Shown here: positions 60,760 to 64,000 of the stretch, one piece after another
Layout of the letters: each line of letters opens with the position of its first letter
Numbering within the stretch: position 1 is the first letter of the stretch
Assembly (NCBI RefSeq): GCF_004010195.1
Contig: NC_057728.1
Span: 5,968,175 to 6,032,174, forward strand
Direction of reading: 5' to 3'
DNA: 64,000 nt
DNA from: Chiloscyllium plagiosum
Taxonomy: Eukaryota
Translations under genes and position numbers: made by a program
Notes under the pieces: generated by a model
The model's input: only the letters and a program-made list of their open reading frames with translations
Databases searched by the model: none
What the model was told of the DNA's origin: nothing

Positions 60760-61095
60760 CAAAATCATGAGAGGTATATATAGGGTAGATAGCCAACAGC
60801 TTTTCCCTGTGGTAGGGGAGTCTAAAACTAGAGGTTTAAGGTGAGGGGGGAGAGATGCAAAAGGGTCCAGAGGAGCAGTATTTTCACACAGAGGGTGGTG
60901 AGTGTCTGGGACGGGCTGCCAGAGGTAATGGTGGAAACAAGTACAATTTTGTCATTTAACAGGTCCATGGAGGGATAGGCATGGAGGGATATGGATCAAA
61001 TGCAGGCAAATGGGACAAGTTTAATTGTGAGAACTGGCCGGTAGGGGCAAGTTGGGTCAAAGAGCCTGTTTCCGTACTGTAGACCTCTATGACTT
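60760..61095 (+). mobile_element. CR1-type LINE 3' end
   Basis: YKIMRGI.RVD...FFTQRVVSVW.GLP motifs. Confidence 0.75.
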
Positions 61096-62044
61096 GATGA
61101 GTCTGAATGGTTTTCTTGTAACTCTGGGGTAAGAGTGATGAAAATTCAAGTCAAGTTACAGTCTCTTCAGTCGATGTCTCAAGGTCTTCATGATCCACCC
61201 TGGAATGTATCACACAGTCTGATGAACCATTGCAGCACCAATGTAACATGTTGAACACGGCACCTTTTGCATCAGACTTAAAAACTCTCTTATCTTCACG
61301 AGCTATTCCAGAGAGAGGTGGCTTTTTTCAGCGGTACTGGAAGGTATTGCTCTTGCCACCCCAATATTTATATGTTGGCCCAGTTAATGGTGGAGGATTC
61401 AGCAATAGTTGGATATCATTGGAGTGGCTAAACTCTCCTTTTGGAGATGGTTATTGGAAGGCATTTATGTGGTGCAAATGTTACTTGCCCCTTGTCAGCC
61501 GGGCCGGCTGTTGTCCAGGTCATGCTCCAGAAGGCAAACATTGCTTCAGGAGTCACAGATTGTGTAGTCATCAGAGAGGTTTCTCACCACTGTCTTCATC
61601 ATGGAGTGAAGGTCATTGATGAAGCACCTAATGGTGACTGAGGCTTGGATACTCCCCTGAAATAATCAACCTCCAATCGCCATGATAACAATGCAATCAT
61701 AGAATCCCACCAGTGTGGAAAAACTGAATCCAAAGAGCCAGATTTTCCAAGGACTGGCAATTTGCATTCAGCCTTGTCTTATACCCGAAAAGTAGAGAGC
61801 TTCCACGGGAGATCCCACTCGGTGCTCCCTCACAAATGTTCTATGTTAACATTAACATGGTAATGTTTCTTTATGCCTATAAAAACATGAACACAGTGCC
61901 TACTCCTGACGCCAGGAGGAGTTTGTACTCTGCAACTTCCTCATGACCTTCTGAAGGTGACGTTCCTAGAATCGGCCACAGTGCAGCCGAGACCTTACCA
62001 GTGATTTGTAAAGGTTTGGCATGTCTTGCTTCTGTGTGTCACAT

Positions 62045-63210
62045 CTCTAAATGATTTGGAGGAGAATGTAGGTGGCCCACCATGTTTGCGGATGACACAA
62101 AGATTGGGGGAGCTGTGGATGTGAGGAGGATTGTCAGAGGATACTGCAGGATATAAATAGGATGGAGACTTGGACAGAGAAATGGCAGATGGAGTTTAAT
62201 CCAGACAAATGCAAGATGATGCTTTTGGAAAGTTTACTGCAGGAGGGCAATATAAGTAAATGGCAGAACCCTTAGAAGCATTAACATACAGAGGGATCTA
62301 GATGCACAGGTCTACAGTTCCCTGAAAGGGGCAGTGCAAGTAGATAAGGTGGTCAAGAAGGCATAATGACATGCTTGCCTTCATTGGTCAGGGCATACAG
62401 TATAGAAATTAGCAAGTCATGTTGCAGCTGTATAGAACTTTAGTTTGGCCACTTTTGGAATATTGCATACAGTTCTGGTCGCCACAGTACCAGAAGGATG
62501 TGGAAACTTTGGAGAAGGTAAAGAAACAGTTTACCAGAATGTTACCTGGTTTCGAGGCTATTAGTTATGAGGAGAGATTGGATTAACTTGGTTTGTTTTC
62601 ACTTGAACATGAAAAAGTGAGGGGTAGCTTGATAGAAGTTTAAAAAATGATGAGATCATGGATAGAGTAGATGGTTGGAGTCGTTTTCCGAGGATAGAAA
62701 TGTCTGTTACAAGGGGAAATAGGTTTACGGTAATAAGATCGAGAGTGTGCTGCTGGAAAATCACAGCAGGTCAGGCAGCATCCGAGGAGCAGGAGAATCG
62801 CTGTTTCGGGCAACAGCCCTTCTTCAGAAATTCCTCATGAAGGACTGTTACCCAAAACGTCCATTCTCCTCCTTCTCAGATGCTGCCTGACCTGCTGTGT
62901 TTTTCCAGCACCACATTCTCAATTCTGATCTCCAGCATCTGCAGTCCTTACTTTCTCCTTACAGCAAGGCTAAAGGAGATGTGAGAGGTGAGTTTTTGTT
63001 TACAGAGAAGGTGTTAAGTGCCAGAGGAGGTGGTGGAGGCAGATACAATAGCAATGTTTAAGAGGCATCTTGATACATATATGAACAGGGAGGGAATAGA
63101 GGGATACAGACTGCGTAGAGGCAAAAGGGTTTAAGTTTTAGAAAGGGTCATATGTCAGCATGGATCTTGGTGGGCCAAAGGGCCTACTCTGCATTGTACT
63201 GTTCTTTGTG
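62045..63210 (+). mobile_element. CR1-type LINE fragment with a nested fold-back element (62737-62958)
   Basis: FADDTK, WTEKWQMEFN, LYRTLV..LLEYC; palindromic gctggaaaa...ttttccagca insert. Confidence 0.85.
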
Positions 63211-63799
63211 TTCTTTGGAATACTATATATTTAATACGTATTTTAGCAACATATTTAACTTGCCCTGCATCGGTTAAACATTAATACATATTTATTTTTT
63301 CTACTCTGTTCTCTGCTCTTCCCAATTCTTTTCTGAAGCTATTAATTTCTTTGTCAAATTCTGGTGTCATTAGGCAACCCACTCAACTGGCTATTCCTCC
63401 TGTGAAATAGGCAGTGGGGAGTATCTAAAGCCTGGAACATCACAGCCAAGTCCCAATCAGTGTCTCTTGCACACCTACCACCGCTGGCGACATTGGCTGA
63501 GCTTCCTCGCCCTCACGCTGCTCAGCTTCCCTTCGGTTTTAGCCCACTCTCGCTGTGTTTAATTAGTCCAGCATAAATAGTTGGACAGTGATCCTGCAGC
63601 CTGCCTAGTTCAGCTGCTGCCTGTCTAATCCTGAACCATTGAGACTCGAAAACAAATTTCAGATTTTAGCTTGGATTTCTGAACAGGAATGATATGCCCT
63701 AGATTTCAACATTCCTTCCATTTGCCTCACCGAATATTGGTAAGAATGTGGCAACCATGGCACAGTTAGTAATGCTCCCGCCATTGAGTCATGGGGTCT

Positions 63800-64000
63800 A
63801 GGTTCCTTCCACATCCAACAGAAATTTACCAGTACCTCTACCAATCTCATCTCCTGCAAAAGATGCACTCGGTCTGGTCTCCTCTACATCGGGGAGACAG
63901 GATGCCAACTTGCGGATTGTTTCAGACAACATCTCTGGGACACCCGTACCAACCAACCCCACCGACCCGTGGCTGAACACTTCAACTCCCCCTCTCACTC
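63800..64000 (+). mobile_element. Penelope-like GIY-YIG fragment running off the window
   Basis: [20 protein letters not shown]...CFRQHL; similar to 23250-23445. Confidence 0.8.

Overview
Eukaryotic genomic DNA, most likely a cartilaginous fish (shark). This is inferred from about 13 HE1/V-SINE-type SINEs, many with (AATCT)n tails, plus CR1-type LINEs and Penelope-like elements. The window lies inside one large + strand gene whose start codon, signal peptide and stop are not identified here. I traced 24 GT-AG exons by hand (about 3,370 nt, about 1,120 aa, open when spliced). They encode FN3x3 - EGF - cbEGFx6 - divergent CUB - EGF - FN3x3 - FN3, an extracellular mosaic I cannot assign to a named vertebrate gene. 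The gene shows signs of active remodelling: (1) a duplicated 6-exon FN3 block whose identity falls steadily from about 96% to about 55%; (2) one FN3 exon pair differing only at amino-acid-changing codons; (3) four near-identical cbEGF exons; (4) a freshly duplicated, frameshifted cbEGF pseudo-exon; (5) a shifted splice acceptor. Introns are mostly transposon remnants. These include several Penelope-like families whose termini carry minimal hammerhead-ribozyme motifs, and TSD-flanked fold-back mini-elements derived from those termini. There is one assembly gap (26169-26651). All coordinates and identities are hand-derived; no database search was run.
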